Source: a virus. From it: a stretch of 64,000 nt of DNA. The notes beneath the pieces are model-generated. The model searched no databases, was not told the DNA's origin, and saw nothing but the letters and a program-made list of their open reading frames with translations. This document shows, piece after piece, positions 1-10,309 of this stretch (position 1 is its first letter; every line of letters starts with the position of its first letter). The stretch lies in IMG/VR virus record IMGVR_UViG_3300046001_006396, positions 17,928 to 81,927 of that record; one strand, written 5' to 3'. A program made the translations under genes and the position numbers.

Positions 1-241
1 CATTTGTTACAAAAATGGAAGATGTAAAATCTATCCATTTATTACCTGATACGTCATATATAGAATAATTTTTTGCCGAATCCCAAACTATCGGTAGTTG
101 GTCGTTCATCGAATCAGGTTCATTTTTTATACAATCCATCAAAACACCTATAGTTTCAGGAGATGGTATATCTGTTAAAATTACCCTATTTTTTGTTTTT
201 ATTTTTGGACAATTTACGGGGTTTATGGAAAACTTAAACAT
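1..241 (-). CDS. Class III PLP-dependent aminotransferase, N-terminal part (runs off the window start)
   Basis: Not in the ORF track. Hand translation from the ATG at 241 gives MFKFSINPVNCPKIKTKNRVILTDIPSPET...LPIVWDSAKNYSIYDVSGNKWIDFTSSIFVTN, which matches the class III aminotransferase N-terminal pattern (D-x-x-G-N-x-W/Y-I-D-F-x-S). Confidence 0.75.
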   Translation of the reverse strand, partial: MFKFSINPVNCPKIKTKNRVILTDIPSPETIGVLMDCIKNEPDSMNDQLPIVWDSAKNYSIYDVSGNKWIDFTSSIFVTN

Positions 242-905
242 TTTTTTTATATTTTATTATGTATTCAATATAATCAAAATCATCCATTGTGTCAATTTCT
301 GGAGTGGATTTAGTTTCAAAGGCAAAAATTTTATCTCCATAAAAACTGTCTTGATTCATAAAAATATTTGGATTAACAATGTCAACATATCCATTTGGTA
401 TATATGTTTTAGGGTATGATTGTCTTGGTTTATTAGTATCTACACCATTCACTAATGGTTTCCATATATTGTCATCTTTTATAAAGAATTTATATGCGGA
501 CTCAGACATTTGATGTGCAGATCTAAGACTTGTCACTGTATTAATATTTATGTTAAATATTTTTATAGCATCGTCAATTATATTTGGGTCTATTAAAGGT
601 GTCGTAGCTCTCAAATGAACTATAGGTGATGTGTAATTTAATAAATTACAAAAATGTCTAAAAGAATCTACGTCTAAAGAATTATCTTGTGAAATCTCTA
701 AAGGCCTATCAATAACAATAACGTCTAACTTTTTTAATACTTCTTTTATTTCTTCACAATCCGTTGATACGTAAATATTTTTTATTTTTTTAGATTTTTT
801 TGCGGATTCAATTACATAACTTATTAAAGGTTTGTTGTTAAGAAGTTTTATGTTTTTTTTAGGTACACCTTTACTACCCCCTCTAGCCAAAATTAATGCG
901 TCCAT
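234..905 (-). CDS. neuA: Acylneuraminate (CMP-nonulosonate) cytidylyltransferase
   Basis: ILARGGSKGVPKKNIKLLNNKPLI, VSTD, LRATTPL, NGYVDI and EIDTMDDF motifs. The true start is probably MDALILAR at 905 rather than 971. Confidence 0.9.
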   Translation of the reverse strand: MDALILARGGSKGVPKKNIKLLNNKPLISYVIESAKKSKKIKNIYVSTDCEEIKEVLKKLDVIVIDRPLEISQDNSLDVDSFRHFCNLLNYTSPIVHLRATTPLIDPNIIDDAIKIFNININTVTSLRSAHQMSESAYKFFIKDDNIWKPLVNGVDTNKPRQSYPKTYIPNGYVDIVNPNIFMNQDSFYGDKIFAFETKSTPEIDTMDDFDYIEYIIKYKKNV

Positions 906-906
906 A

Positions 907-1707
907 TTATTTAGTTGCAACAACAATAAATTCAGATTTATCATTAATAAATTTATTACCAAACCAGTCATTATAAAATTTAATTTTTTTGAATCCGACT
1001 TTTAATAATAAATCCTTTATTGTTTTTTTTGTGTATAATTTTAAAACTATTTCACTAAAATCCGTCTTACTTAGGTCTTTAGAAATGTAAGTTTTTTTCC
1101 ATTTTAAAAAATTATTATTTTTTTTATAATCACATTCCCACAAAGAATACCTCCAAGGGTCGTCCCCCCCAAACTCTTCCCATATTTTTGTTGTTGTTTT
1201 AATGTTTTGGATTATTTTATTACATCCGTCAAGTTCTAAAACTATTTTTCCTCCATTTTTTAATGACTGATATATTAATTCTAAAATTTTAATTTCTGAT
1301 TTATAATTAATGGGTTCTGCAAACTGAAATGCCAAATCAACTAAAAAGCATACATCAATATTTTTTATATCGTAATTTTTTAAATTTAAAAAATCGTCAT
1401 TTATATTAATTACATTTTCCACCATTAAATCCTTTTTCCATTTCTGTGCAAAATTAAAACGACTTTCACTAATCTCAATTCCGTAACCAATATTTAATAG
1501 ATTATTATTTAATAAATTAAAAATTAATTTTGAATTGCCCGAACCAAGTTCTAAAAAATTAATATTATTTTTATTATAAATTTTTTTAATAAAATTAATA
1601 TGTTGGTCACAACCTTTTAATTTTTCTATGCGATACTTTATTTCCGATTGATAATCATCAAAAATTTCAAAATTATCATACGCGATTAAATTTTTATGAC
1701 TCGTCAT
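907..1707 (-). CDS. Class I SAM-dependent methyltransferase
   Basis: FLELGSGNSK motif I, GIEISE motif II, LKNGGKIVLE. Confidence 0.75.
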   Translation of the reverse strand: MTSHKNLIAYDNFEIFDDYQSEIKYRIEKLKGCDQHINFIKKIYNKNNINFLELGSGNSKLIFNLLNNNLLNIGYGIEISESRFNFAQKWKKDLMVENVININDDFLNLKNYDIKNIDVCFLVDLAFQFAEPINYKSEIKILELIYQSLKNGGKIVLELDGCNKIIQNIKTTTKIWEEFGGDDPWRYSLWECDYKKNNNFLKWKKTYISKDLSKTDFSEIVLKLYTKKTIKDLLLKVGFKKIKFYNDWFGNKFINDKSEFIVVATK

Positions 1708-1708
1708 T

Positions 1709-2254
1709 TTAAATATAACAAATTAAACACCCATTATGATCCTGAATAATCTCAAATTTATAATTTTTATTTATACTCAATATTAAATTTTTTATTGTGT
1801 CTAAATTAATATTATAACCTTTTGACCAACCAAAATCAGAAACAATCATCATAATATCATCAATAATAATTGTGTGTTCTTTTACTTGGTGATTTGATAT
1901 TATATTTAGTTCTTTGATGATTGGGCACTCATTTTCTTTATCATATAAATGAGTTTCTATACCTTCATATTCTAAATCGTGGGCATCTAAAAAAATGGTT
2001 GATTTTTCATTAATTGTATCTAACACTTTAGGTAAAATGTCTGTTGATAGACCTTGCATTATTGTTACTTTACCGGTATTAACTTCATTTTCAAATCTTT
2101 TCAGGTTTTCTGTAACAAATTTTTCATTTATATCAATTGCATATATCTTATCAAAACCTGATTGGATGGCTTTTGATATGCTTTCCCCATATAATATTCC
2201 TGTTTCTATATAACAAGAGGAGATGTAATTTTTTAAATCAAAAAGTATTGGCAT
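1709..2254 (-). CDS. Putative SAM-dependent methyltransferase-like protein
   Basis: YIETGILYGESI, YAIDIN, GLSTDIL, IFLDAH and IIIDD are typical of small glycan-cluster methyltransferase-like proteins. Confidence 0.6.
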   Translation of the reverse strand: MPILFDLKNYISSCYIETGILYGESISKAIQSGFDKIYAIDINEKFVTENLKRFENEVNTGKVTIMQGLSTDILPKVLDTINEKSTIFLDAHDLEYEGIETHLYDKENECPIIKELNIISNHQVKEHTIIIDDIMMIVSDFGWSKGYNINLDTIKNLILSINKNYKFEIIQDHNGCLICYI

Positions 2255-2256
2255 AA

Positions 2257-3177
2257 TTAATTTTTTAAATATTGATATTCATAAGTTTTTTTATTATTAA
2301 AAAATCCTATGTTAGTGTTTGGAAATCTTCTACATACTGATTCTATTATTTCGTCAGTTAATGTTGTTAAATAATTATACCCCCAAAGTTTATAAAATTG
2401 CATTTCAACATAATGTTGATTTTGTAATTCACTTGTGACTCTCATATTTCCTCTTATGGGGTGGTCGTAAAATACTTGAGGAACCCATACTGTCCACATA
2501 TTATTAATTAAAGTTTTGAGGGACCAATGCTCATCTATTAATAATGTATAATTACCCCAATTAGGACAAAGCCCTATTTTTTCTAAATTAGTTGTTTTAA
2601 TTAAATTAAAATGTGAAAATATGCCGGAAACTATACATGATCTACTTGGCATATCTAACAAGGATTCATCGTATTTATCTGTAACATTATGTAATTCGTA
2701 AGTTTTAGGCCAATTAAATCTGTCTTGACAAAACATTTCTCTTGCCGACTGACATACAGGATTACCACCAAGTCTGTAATATGCGTCGGAAGTATATCCT
2801 ATCCACCCAATTTCATCTTCTTTACCTTCAATTTCTGACATTGTAATATTAAAAAAATCAAAAGTGCGAACTATTAAATCATCGTGAGAGGACAAAATAT
2901 AATCAGTATGGTTTTTATATTTATTAAAAAAATTGTTAAAAGTATTTGCCCAAGAATCTTTTTTAACGTCAATTTCTAAAATGTAATTATTTAAATTATT
3001 TTTTTCTGCAATTTTTTCTATCATTAATTTTCTGTCGTCAGTATCCGTACAAATATAAAATGCAAAATTAGTATTAATGTTATTTTTTATTGAGACCATG
3101 GTATCTTGGATATTCTCAGGTATAACATTTATTCCGGCAGAATTTATAAAGCATATTACATTATATTTTTTTATCAT
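2257..3177 (-). CDS. Putative GT-A fold glycosyltransferase
   Basis: DYILSSHDDLIV (DxD-like), a late D-E-H-W-S segment and FYDHP; lies inside the glycan cluster. Confidence 0.55.
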   Translation of the reverse strand: MIKKYNVICFINSAGINVIPENIQDTMVSIKNNINTNFAFYICTDTDDRKLMIEKIAEKNNLNNYILEIDVKKDSWANTFNNFFNKYKNHTDYILSSHDDLIVRTFDFFNITMSEIEGKEDEIGWIGYTSDAYYRLGGNPVCQSAREMFCQDRFNWPKTYELHNVTDKYDESLLDMPSRSCIVSGIFSHFNLIKTTNLEKIGLCPNWGNYTLLIDEHWSLKTLINNMWTVWVPQVFYDHPIRGNMRVTSELQNQHYVEMQFYKLWGYNYLTTLTDEIIESVCRRFPNTNIGFFNNKKTYEYQYLKN

Positions 3178-3899
3178 AAAGTATTAAGTGTTTTAATAAT
3201 ATTTTTTAATGGTGAGGTTTCACTCATATTATATACATTAACCCCTATTTTTTTAGCACTATTTACGATAATATCAAAATCGTCTAATATAAAACTTAAA
3301 TAAGGATTAAAACTGTCGTAATTCTGAGTCTTATCATCAACATAACCTAAAGAATAGTCTAAGTCAACACCAAAAAGGTATATATCTTTACACCCCATGA
3401 TAATACTTAGTGCTAAAACGTGTAGAGCGACCGTTTCTCCTGTTCCGTATCTTTTATTGTACCCTGTATAGTCTTGTAATACTTCTTGTATTGTTTTTCT
3501 ATTTGGTATTAAATTACTACATCCATTAGGGCATTCATTACATTTTTTACCATTAAAATGCCTTTGGTCATAACCAACAAATGGGTACTTTAAATTAGAT
3601 AAAACCCAATCTCTATGTGTTGGGTCGACAGAATCGGCATAGACTAATGTGGTATCTGGTAAACTATTTATGATGTCTTTCATTTTTATTGTGGTATTCA
3701 TAGAATTCGCAAAAACCCAATAATTGGGTTTTAAGTTAGTCATTGTGTGAAAATCACTACAGGTTACCACAACATTATTATTTTTATTTTCCTCAACAGT
3801 ATTTAAATATTTTTTAAATGACGGACCCATAGCGCAAGCGTACGCGGTTTTACCAATATGTACATCAATTAAATTTGTTATATCAACGTATTCACTCAT
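3174..3899 (-). CDS. Maf/DUF115 (MAF_flag10, MptE-like) family protein, putative nonulosonate transferase
   Basis: GKTAYACAMGPSF, PNYWVFANS and TVALHVLALSIIMGCKDIYLFGVDLDY match the DUF115/Maf/CstII-like pattern. Confidence 0.7.
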   Translation of the reverse strand: MSEYVDITNLIDVHIGKTAYACAMGPSFKKYLNTVEENKNNNVVVTCSDFHTMTNLKPNYWVFANSMNTTIKMKDIINSLPDTTLVYADSVDPTHRDWVLSNLKYPFVGYDQRHFNGKKCNECPNGCSNLIPNRKTIQEVLQDYTGYNKRYGTGETVALHVLALSIIMGCKDIYLFGVDLDYSLGYVDDKTQNYDSFNPYLSFILDDFDIIVNSAKKIGVNVYNMSETSPLKNIIKTLNTL

Positions 3900-4701
3900 A
3901 ACGACTTACAATTTTTTCTATTTTATCACAGACTCTAGTATGTAAAAATAAAAATTCTTTACATTTATTAAAATTTTCTTCTATTGACTCAACATTATTT
4001 TTATAAAACGAATCATCTAAATTATTACATATTTCAATAATATCGTTAATAGTATTTGCCGTTAATATTGTCTTCGTATTAAACCAATTATCAATATTTG
4101 GGCACCCCCAATATATTGGTATTGTTTTGGTGTATAGTGAGTCTATTAATTTTTCTGAGAAATATCCCTTTTCTTTACAATTTTCAATACATATATGAAA
4201 TTGCGAATTAAATAGTGGTTCTTTTTTATCTGATATTTTTTTAAATTCTAAATTAGTATTATATGGGAAATTAGTACTATTAAAAAAATTTTTAGGTATT
4301 GTAATATTATTTTGATTTTCCCATAAAGAATGTCTTAATTTGTGACCTTCGGTCATAGATTTACCCCCAACTAAAAAAGAAACCTCAAATTTTTTTTCTT
4401 TTACGGATTCTGTGTCGGTTATCCAGCAAGAACCAAATTCAAACATCTCCGCATTTTCGCATTTGTCAAGAATTTCTTGATTATGTGTTAAAATAACATC
4501 ATATTTATTTTTATTTTCAATAATATGATTTTTAATATTTGTAATGCTTTGAGGCTCACAAATAAATGCTATGTTTATACCATTATTTAATGGGTTCATA
4601 ATATTATCAACATAAAGGTTTACAGGTAAATTAAATTTTCTATCAACCCGTATCCAAGAACCATTTTGGTTTAAATCATATTTATTTATATTTTTATCCA
4701 T
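3892..4701 (-). CDS. GT10-like (alpha-1,3-fucosyltransferase family) glycosyltransferase
   Basis: FHICIENCKEKGYFSEKLIDSLYTKTIPIYWG is the GT10 signature. Confidence 0.8.
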   Translation of the reverse strand: MDKNINKYDLNQNGSWIRVDRKFNLPVNLYVDNIMNPLNNGINIAFICEPQSITNIKNHIIENKNKYDVILTHNQEILDKCENAEMFEFGSCWITDTESVKEKKFEVSFLVGGKSMTEGHKLRHSLWENQNNITIPKNFFNSTNFPYNTNLEFKKISDKKEPLFNSQFHICIENCKEKGYFSEKLIDSLYTKTIPIYWGCPNIDNWFNTKTILTANTINDIIEICNNLDDSFYKNNVESIEENFNKCKEFLFLHTRVCDKIEKIVSRYE

Positions 4702-5471
4702 AATTCGCAGAACAAATCCTTTGTGTTTAAATGTTTATTTGACGGACCAAACCATTCTTTAGGGTAAACTACTTTTTTATTTTTATTTTTGTTTAACCAA
4801 GCCCCCCACCAACTAAATGAAGAATTGGCAATAATATTATCATCACATAATGACATTAAATACATGTCCTCATAATCTTTGTTATTAGATATAAAAGTTT
4901 TATTTTTTATAAAATTAAAATTTTCAATGCACCAATTAATGTCATCGGAAAATATAAGATAATTTTTATCTTCGCCTATATATTTTACTGCGTTTTCATA
5001 ATAAGATAATTGTAATGACGTGTGATAATTTTGTAAAGATAAATAATCACCTCTTCTTACGTGTATTGAACATGTGTTTCCGTTAAGTTCTTTTTTGAAT
5101 TTAATTTTTAATTTATTTTTTAACTCATCATTTAAATCAAAAATATCTAATATTTCTTTTCTATAGTCTTTAAAGTACTTATCACTTTGAAAATACCCTA
5201 TAAGTTTTAAATTACCTCCTTGGTATGGTATTTCCTTGTACTCAAATAAGGGTTCATTATAAACCCAATAATCATTTTCTAATTCTTTAAATTTTATTTT
5301 TTTAAAAAAATTATTAATATATGTTTTATATGAATTATGTCCTGTATGTATATCAACAATATCAAAAAATAAATCTTTATTATACTTAATTGATAAGGCG
5401 TATGCTGCCGATATTTGAAATAGATAGTTACCTAAACCACCCATTAACTTTGATGAGAAGTAATTATTCAT
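4686..5471 (-). CDS. GT11 alpha-1,2-fucosyltransferase family protein
   Basis: GGLGNYLFQ, GYFQS, SIHVRRGDY, FSDD and NSSFSWWGAWL motifs. Confidence 0.9.
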   Translation of the reverse strand: MNNYFSSKLMGGLGNYLFQISAAYALSIKYNKDLFFDIVDIHTGHNSYKTYINNFFKKIKFKELENDYWVYNEPLFEYKEIPYQGGNLKLIGYFQSDKYFKDYRKEILDIFDLNDELKNKLKIKFKKELNGNTCSIHVRRGDYLSLQNYHTSLQLSYYENAVKYIGEDKNYLIFSDDINWCIENFNFIKNKTFISNNKDYEDMYLMSLCDDNIIANSSFSWWGAWLNKNKNKKVVYPKEWFGPSNKHLNTKDLFCELWIKI

Positions 5472-6108
5472 TTTTTATAAGTATTTTAGATGGTACACCT
5501 ATATAGGTTTCTTCATAATCGTTTTTTATTGATTTAACAACCGCACTCTGTGCACCAAAAGTTTTATTACTACCAACTATTAATCTGTCTCTAACTATAC
5601 ATCCAGTTCCAAATTCATTCATATTACCAATCAAACATTGTCCTGAAATATGTACACCTGGATTTGTTGTACAAAAATCACCAATAATTGTATCGTGACC
5701 AACGGTTGTGTTAAGATTTAAGGTTACATAATCACCAATTTTAACGTTTGTTGTGACAACACAACCAGGAGAAATTATGCCCCCATAACCTAAACTATCC
5801 CTTTCAATTAAAACTATTGCCGATGGGTCTACAATAGTTTTTGAAGGTTGCAATCCAGATTTTAGAGCTTTGCCGACCAAGTATTTCTTAATTTTAGGAT
5901 TTCCAACCGCAACAATAAAATTATATTTCTCTTTAAAAGTCCAATTTTTTTCAACAGGATAAGATTTATTATCTATAACTAACTCTTTTTGTCCATCATT
6001 TAAATCATTTACAAAAATGAAATTTTTAATGTTTGGGCTTGATCTTTTTATATAGAAAAAAAATTCTTTGGCTAGTCCAGCAGATCCTAAAATTATAATA
6101 CCTTCCAT
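5464..6108 (-). CDS. NeuD/PglD-type sugar acetyltransferase (hexapeptide repeat)
   Basis: N-terminal IILGSAGLAKE, VAVGNP, and left-handed beta-helix repeats with TVGHD; C-terminal GVPSK. Confidence 0.85.
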   Translation of the reverse strand: MEGIIILGSAGLAKEFFFYIKRSSPNIKNFIFVNDLNDGQKELVIDNKSYPVEKNWTFKEKYNFIVAVGNPKIKKYLVGKALKSGLQPSKTIVDPSAIVLIERDSLGYGGIISPGCVVTTNVKIGDYVTLNLNTTVGHDTIIGDFCTTNPGVHISGQCLIGNMNEFGTGCIVRDRLIVGSNKTFGAQSAVVKSIKNDYEETYIGVPSKILIKNE

Positions 6109-6109
6109 C

Positions 6110-7264
6110 TTAATTAATCATTTTATTTATTTTTATAACATTTTCAATAATGTAATTTACATCATCATTTGTTAAATTCATATGTAGAGGTAACGATATT
6201 AATTTTTCTGATATAAGATAAGAATAAGGACAAGTCCCTCTATATTTTTCATACATTTTATAATTAGTATTATCTCTATAATGTACACCAGGAAAAATAC
6301 CACAAGAATTTAATAAATCCATAAATTTATTTCTTTGTTCTACAGAAATTTGAAATAGGTGCCTTGACGATTTAACACAATCCTCGTGAGTTTTTATTGT
6401 CATTATACCATTTTCTGAAAGTTTTTTTTCATACATTTCACATATTTCCCTTCTCCTATTATTATCAGATTCCAAATATTTTAAACCAACAATACCCATT
6501 GATGCCATAATAGAATTACCATGATATTTATACCCAACATCAACTAACTCGTATTCCCATTTATACGTACCTTTATCGTTTGTTCTTTGATAGGTGTCTT
6601 TATCTATCCCTAACCAAGATAGTTTTCTTGCGAGACCGTCATAATCATCATTTTCAAAACATATCATACCGGAATCGGCGGTAGGTAAATTTTTAACTGA
6701 CTGAAAACTAAAAACAGACACATCCACATTTTTACCCACGTGAAATATTTTTCCATTTATATCTTTCATAAATGTTCCAGCCATATGGGCAGCATCTAAT
6801 ATTATCTTTAATTTATTTTTTTTACATATATCAATTATTTTATTTAATTGACCCGTATTACCGCCAATACCAACAAATAAAACCGCCTTAGTTTTTTTAG
6901 TTATTAGTCTCTCAACAGATATCGGATCTAAACAAAGGTACTCATCAATATCGGCAAAAACAGGATTTAAATTTTCATATTTAATTGCGTGGTTTGTTGA
7001 TACAAATGTCATTGGTGTTGTTATAATTTCATCCCCATCGTTCCATTTATTGGTGTCTTTTAATATTTTTAAGGCTAAATGTAATCCAGACGTGTTTGAA
7101 TTAATAAAATGTGCGTTCGGTAATCCGGTATACTCCTTCCATTTTTTTTCAATTTCTAAAGTTTTATATCCTAATCCTGTCCACCCAAGATCTAAACATT
7201 CTGAAATGTGTTCTAATATTTCTTCTTTTCTAAATTTAGGCACAAATAAATTTATATTTTTCAT
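6110..7264 (-). CDS. DegT/DnrJ/EryC1/StrS family sugar aminotransferase
   Basis: NSNTSGLHLAL, GDEIITTPMTFVST, DAAH, FSFQSVKNLPTADSG (PLP lysine), SLPLH. Confidence 0.93.
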   Translation of the reverse strand: MKNINLFVPKFRKEEILEHISECLDLGWTGLGYKTLEIEKKWKEYTGLPNAHFINSNTSGLHLALKILKDTNKWNDGDEIITTPMTFVSTNHAIKYENLNPVFADIDEYLCLDPISVERLITKKTKAVLFVGIGGNTGQLNKIIDICKKNKLKIILDAAHMAGTFMKDINGKIFHVGKNVDVSVFSFQSVKNLPTADSGMICFENDDYDGLARKLSWLGIDKDTYQRTNDKGTYKWEYELVDVGYKYHGNSIMASMGIVGLKYLESDNNRRREICEMYEKKLSENGIMTIKTHEDCVKSSRHLFQISVEQRNKFMDLLNSCGIFPGVHYRDNTNYKMYEKYRGTCPYSYLISEKLISLPLHMNLTNDDVNYIIENVIKINKMIN

Positions 7265-7965
7265 AATTTATACTTTTTATAACAATAAATTTTATCTTTT
7301 TTAATCATTTCTTTACTTACATCAATTAACTGAGACGTTAAATTATGATTTCCAGTCACTATAACAATATTTGAGTCATCCACGATTTCAGGATAACCAT
7401 ATTTTTTAAATAAGTGATACCATAATTCACAGTCTATCATATATTCAACGTTGGTATCAAAAAAATTATCTTTAGGGAACATACCAACGCTTGGACATCC
7501 AATAGTGTTTATTCCATTTAATAAATGTTTACCATCGCCCTCTATTTTTGGAGTCATCCTATTGTAGTAATTTTTACTTTCCGTATCGTAATGAATAAAC
7601 CCGGAAAGAACCCAATTATTATTATTAATCTTATTAACCATTTTAGTTAAAGTATCTCCATTATAAAAGTAATCATCTTGATTCATTATTTTTATATAGT
7701 CCCCTAATGAAAGTCTTATTGCGTTATTGGTATTGTAAGCGGGTAAACCAATATTTTCATAATATCTATAATATTTAATTTTATCTGTATTTAATTTTTT
7801 AATAAGATCCTTAACAAAATTTGTAGGTGAATGGTCAGAAACTATTATTTCATAGTTACCATAATCTTGAAATAAACAGGATAAAATGCATTTTTCAATT
7901 AAGTTAATATTATTACCCATATTATCGTAAGTCGGTATACATATAGATATTTTATAATTTTTCAT
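7261..7965 (-). CDS. Glycosyltransferase family 2
   Basis: ISICIPTY, EIIVSDHS, GDYIKIMNQDD, IGCPS, IDCELW. Confidence 0.85.
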   Translation of the reverse strand: MKNYKISICIPTYDNMGNNINLIEKCILSCLFQDYGNYEIIVSDHSPTNFVKDLIKKLNTDKIKYYRYYENIGLPAYNTNNAIRLSLGDYIKIMNQDDYFYNGDTLTKMVNKINNNNWVLSGFIHYDTESKNYYNRMTPKIEGDGKHLLNGINTIGCPSVGMFPKDNFFDTNVEYMIDCELWYHLFKKYGYPEIVDDSNIVIVTGNHNLTSQLIDVSKEMIKKDKIYCYKKYKL

Positions 7966-8671
7966 ATGGCTTATACTGTCTTAACAAGTTATTTACTTCA
8001 TCAACTCTCCTTAAATTTACTTTATGGTCATTAATTGGATTACTTTCATTATATATGTAATTTATTGTATCCATAAATTTATAATGATTTTTTCCGGACA
8101 TTTCAACCATAGGATACATAAACGCCAAATCTCCAGCAACATCCCAATATCTCCCATTTGAATCTTTTAAATCCTCAATTTTTATTTTTCTCCATAAAAA
8201 TGCTCTCCAAGTCCTAATGTGTGATAAAGTAAATGTTTGATTTCTTATGTTTTCAAAACTTGAAGGAGGGTTAGCAAATCCCATTCTCCCGTCGTGATAT
8301 TTAAAAGATCCATTGGCCAACCAAACATCATCATTTAAATATATGTCGTTTATTCTTTCAAAAACTTTTGAATCGGACAACCAGTCATCACCGTCAACCT
8401 CAACACATACGTCATCATCTTTTATATCGTATTCTCCTCTAATTACTTGGTCATAATTTCCTGGCTGATACAGTTTATGTTTATTTTCAATTAAAATAAA
8501 TCTATCATCACCAGATATAAAATTTTTTATTTTATTCACTGTTTGGTCTGTTGATACGTCATCAGTTATAAAACACCTAAAATTTTTATAGGTTTGGGTC
8601 ATTATGGTGGATAAACACTTTTCAATATAATTTTGACAATTATATGTTGTTGTTAAAATAACTAAGCTCAT
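7952..8671 (-). CDS. Glycosyltransferase family 2
   Basis: LTTTYNCQNYIEKCL, ITDDVSTD, VDGDDWL. Confidence 0.85.
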   Translation of the reverse strand: MSLVILTTTYNCQNYIEKCLSTIMTQTYKNFRCFITDDVSTDQTVNKIKNFISGDDRFILIENKHKLYQPGNYDQVIRGEYDIKDDDVCVEVDGDDWLSDSKVFERINDIYLNDDVWLANGSFKYHDGRMGFANPPSSFENIRNQTFTLSHIRTWRAFLWRKIKIEDLKDSNGRYWDVAGDLAFMYPMVEMSGKNHYKFMDTINYIYNESNPINDHKVNLRRVDEVNNLLRQYKPYEKL

Positions 8672-10309
8672 TTAATTTAAAATTTTTATATATTCTTCTT
8701 TTATTTTTTTTGCCACCTCATTAGAATTAAATTTACTAATGTCATCCGGAATGTCAAACCTTCTTTTATTTAAAATATTCCCTGAATCATCAATATTGTA
8801 AATCCAACCAGGTTTACCGCACAACCAACCTTCTATTGTTGTTCTTCCTAAAAGTATTCCTGAGGTTTCTGAACAGTTTTTAACGTAAGATTCTACTTTA
8901 TTTGTTGCTGGATAATATTTAACATGAGTATTAATTAATAACTCATCTAAATAGTTTGATTTATTTTCTCCCACTAACCATAACTCTTTTACTATTGATT
9001 TTGAGTACTCAACAAGGTCTTTAATTGTATTTTCTCTTAAGTAATCAATAGTACCAACAAAAAGAACATAACCATCATCTTTTATGTTTTTTGTGTTAAA
9101 TCTATTCGTATCTATTGGGTTATAAATGACTTCAGTATTATTTAACTCAATATTGAAGTTATTAATGATGTGAGATTGAATTTCAGGACGAATACAAATA
9201 TATTTTTTAATTGATTCGTTTATCACTGGATTTTCTAATTCAATAACTTCAGAATGTATTGTTGATATTTTATCAATGTTTGGGTACATTTGACACATTT
9301 GGTTAGTTACTGGAGTGTGCTGTGTATGGATAATGTCGTAATCAACTTCACCCATTTTATACATAACATTTGGTTGTGATGGTTGTACTCCTTGTGGGGT
9401 GTTAAATCCCCATTTACCATCACCCATTTTATATCCAGGAGAATTTGCAAATGATATAGTTTTAATACCTTGTTGTTGTGCTAATTTAGATAATGGTCCA
9501 TTAATATCTGAAAGCACTGTTACGTCACAATTTAATTTTTTAAGTCCTCTTGCCAACTCATAAACATACATTTCTGAACCTGTAAAGGTCTTAAAAAATA
9601 AACAGGAAAGTAGCACTTTAATTGGGGACTCTATTGTTAAATTACGTTTAACTTTAACCGGTAATACCTCTTTATACTTTTCTGCAAATACTTCTCTATT
9701 TTTTTCCCATTGTTCGTTTGTTTCACCAATGGATTTGTGTGTAACTCTAACGTCATATATCACACCAATTTTAACATCTTTAATAAAGTTTCTAAATGAG
9801 AAATCAACATCGTAAAAATGAAATCCACCAATTTCCTCGTTAAAGTTTTCTTTAATATTATTTTTTTTAATTACAATAAAAAGACCATCAACTAAAACAA
9901 CGTCGTCTATCTCATTACCTTTACTTGTTGAATATTTTGATTCCCATTTTTTTCCTTCATGTTCGTGATTAACAATCCCTTTCATTTTTGAAAAATCTTC
10001 CCACCACTTTGCGGATTTTGGCATACTGGTTGTTCCGGCTAATCCTAAAATACCATATTCAGATTTTCTTTTAAAATGATTTAATATTTTTTGACCCCAA
10101 TTTTTTGAGTCAAAATAGATATCATCGTGACATAAAACTACAACATCGTTTGACGATTGGTTTAAAATTTTATTGTATACCTCAGTTAACGAGTATTCCC
10201 CATTATTCTCAAAAGGAATAACCTCAGGATTAGGTATCCCTGAGGTTTTCTTTAACATTTCAACAAAACTGTTATCAATCTTTCTTGTAGAAAATCCAAT
10301 TGTTATCAT
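8672..10309 (-). CDS. Two-domain glycosyltransferase (GT-A/GT2-like N-terminus plus GT-B/GT4-like C-terminus)
   Basis: N-half: LCHDDI, VDGLF, FHFYDVDFS, VTHKSIG. C-half: TGSEMYVYELARGL, YNPIDTNRF, GRTTIEGWLCGKP. Confidence 0.8.
   Translation of the reverse strand: MITIGFSTRKIDNSFVEMLKKTSGIPNPEVIPFENNGEYSLTEVYNKILNQSSNDVVVLCHDDIYFDSKNWGQKILNHFKRKSEYGILGLAGTTSMPKSAKWWEDFSKMKGIVNHEHEGKKWESKYSTSKGNEIDDVVLVDGLFIVIKKNNIKENFNEEIGGFHFYDVDFSFRNFIKDVKIGVIYDVRVTHKSIGETNEQWEKNREVFAEKYKEVLPVKVKRNLTIESPIKVLLSCLFFKTFTGSEMYVYELARGLKKLNCDVTVLSDINGPLSKLAQQQGIKTISFANSPGYKMGDGKWGFNTPQGVQPSQPNVMYKMGEVDYDIIHTQHTPVTNQMCQMYPNIDKISTIHSEVIELENPVINESIKKYICIRPEIQSHIINNFNIELNNTEVIYNPIDTNRFNTKNIKDDGYVLFVGTIDYLRENTIKDLVEYSKSIVKELWLVGENKSNYLDELLINTHVKYYPATNKVESYVKNCSETSGILLGRTTIEGWLCGKPGWIYNIDDSGNILNKRRFDIPDDISKFNSNEVAKKIKEEYIKILN

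Noticed and set aside
906-971. N-terminal extension of the cytidylyltransferase given in the ORF track
   Set aside because: It overlaps the upstream gene, and the family motif begins right after the ATG at 905.
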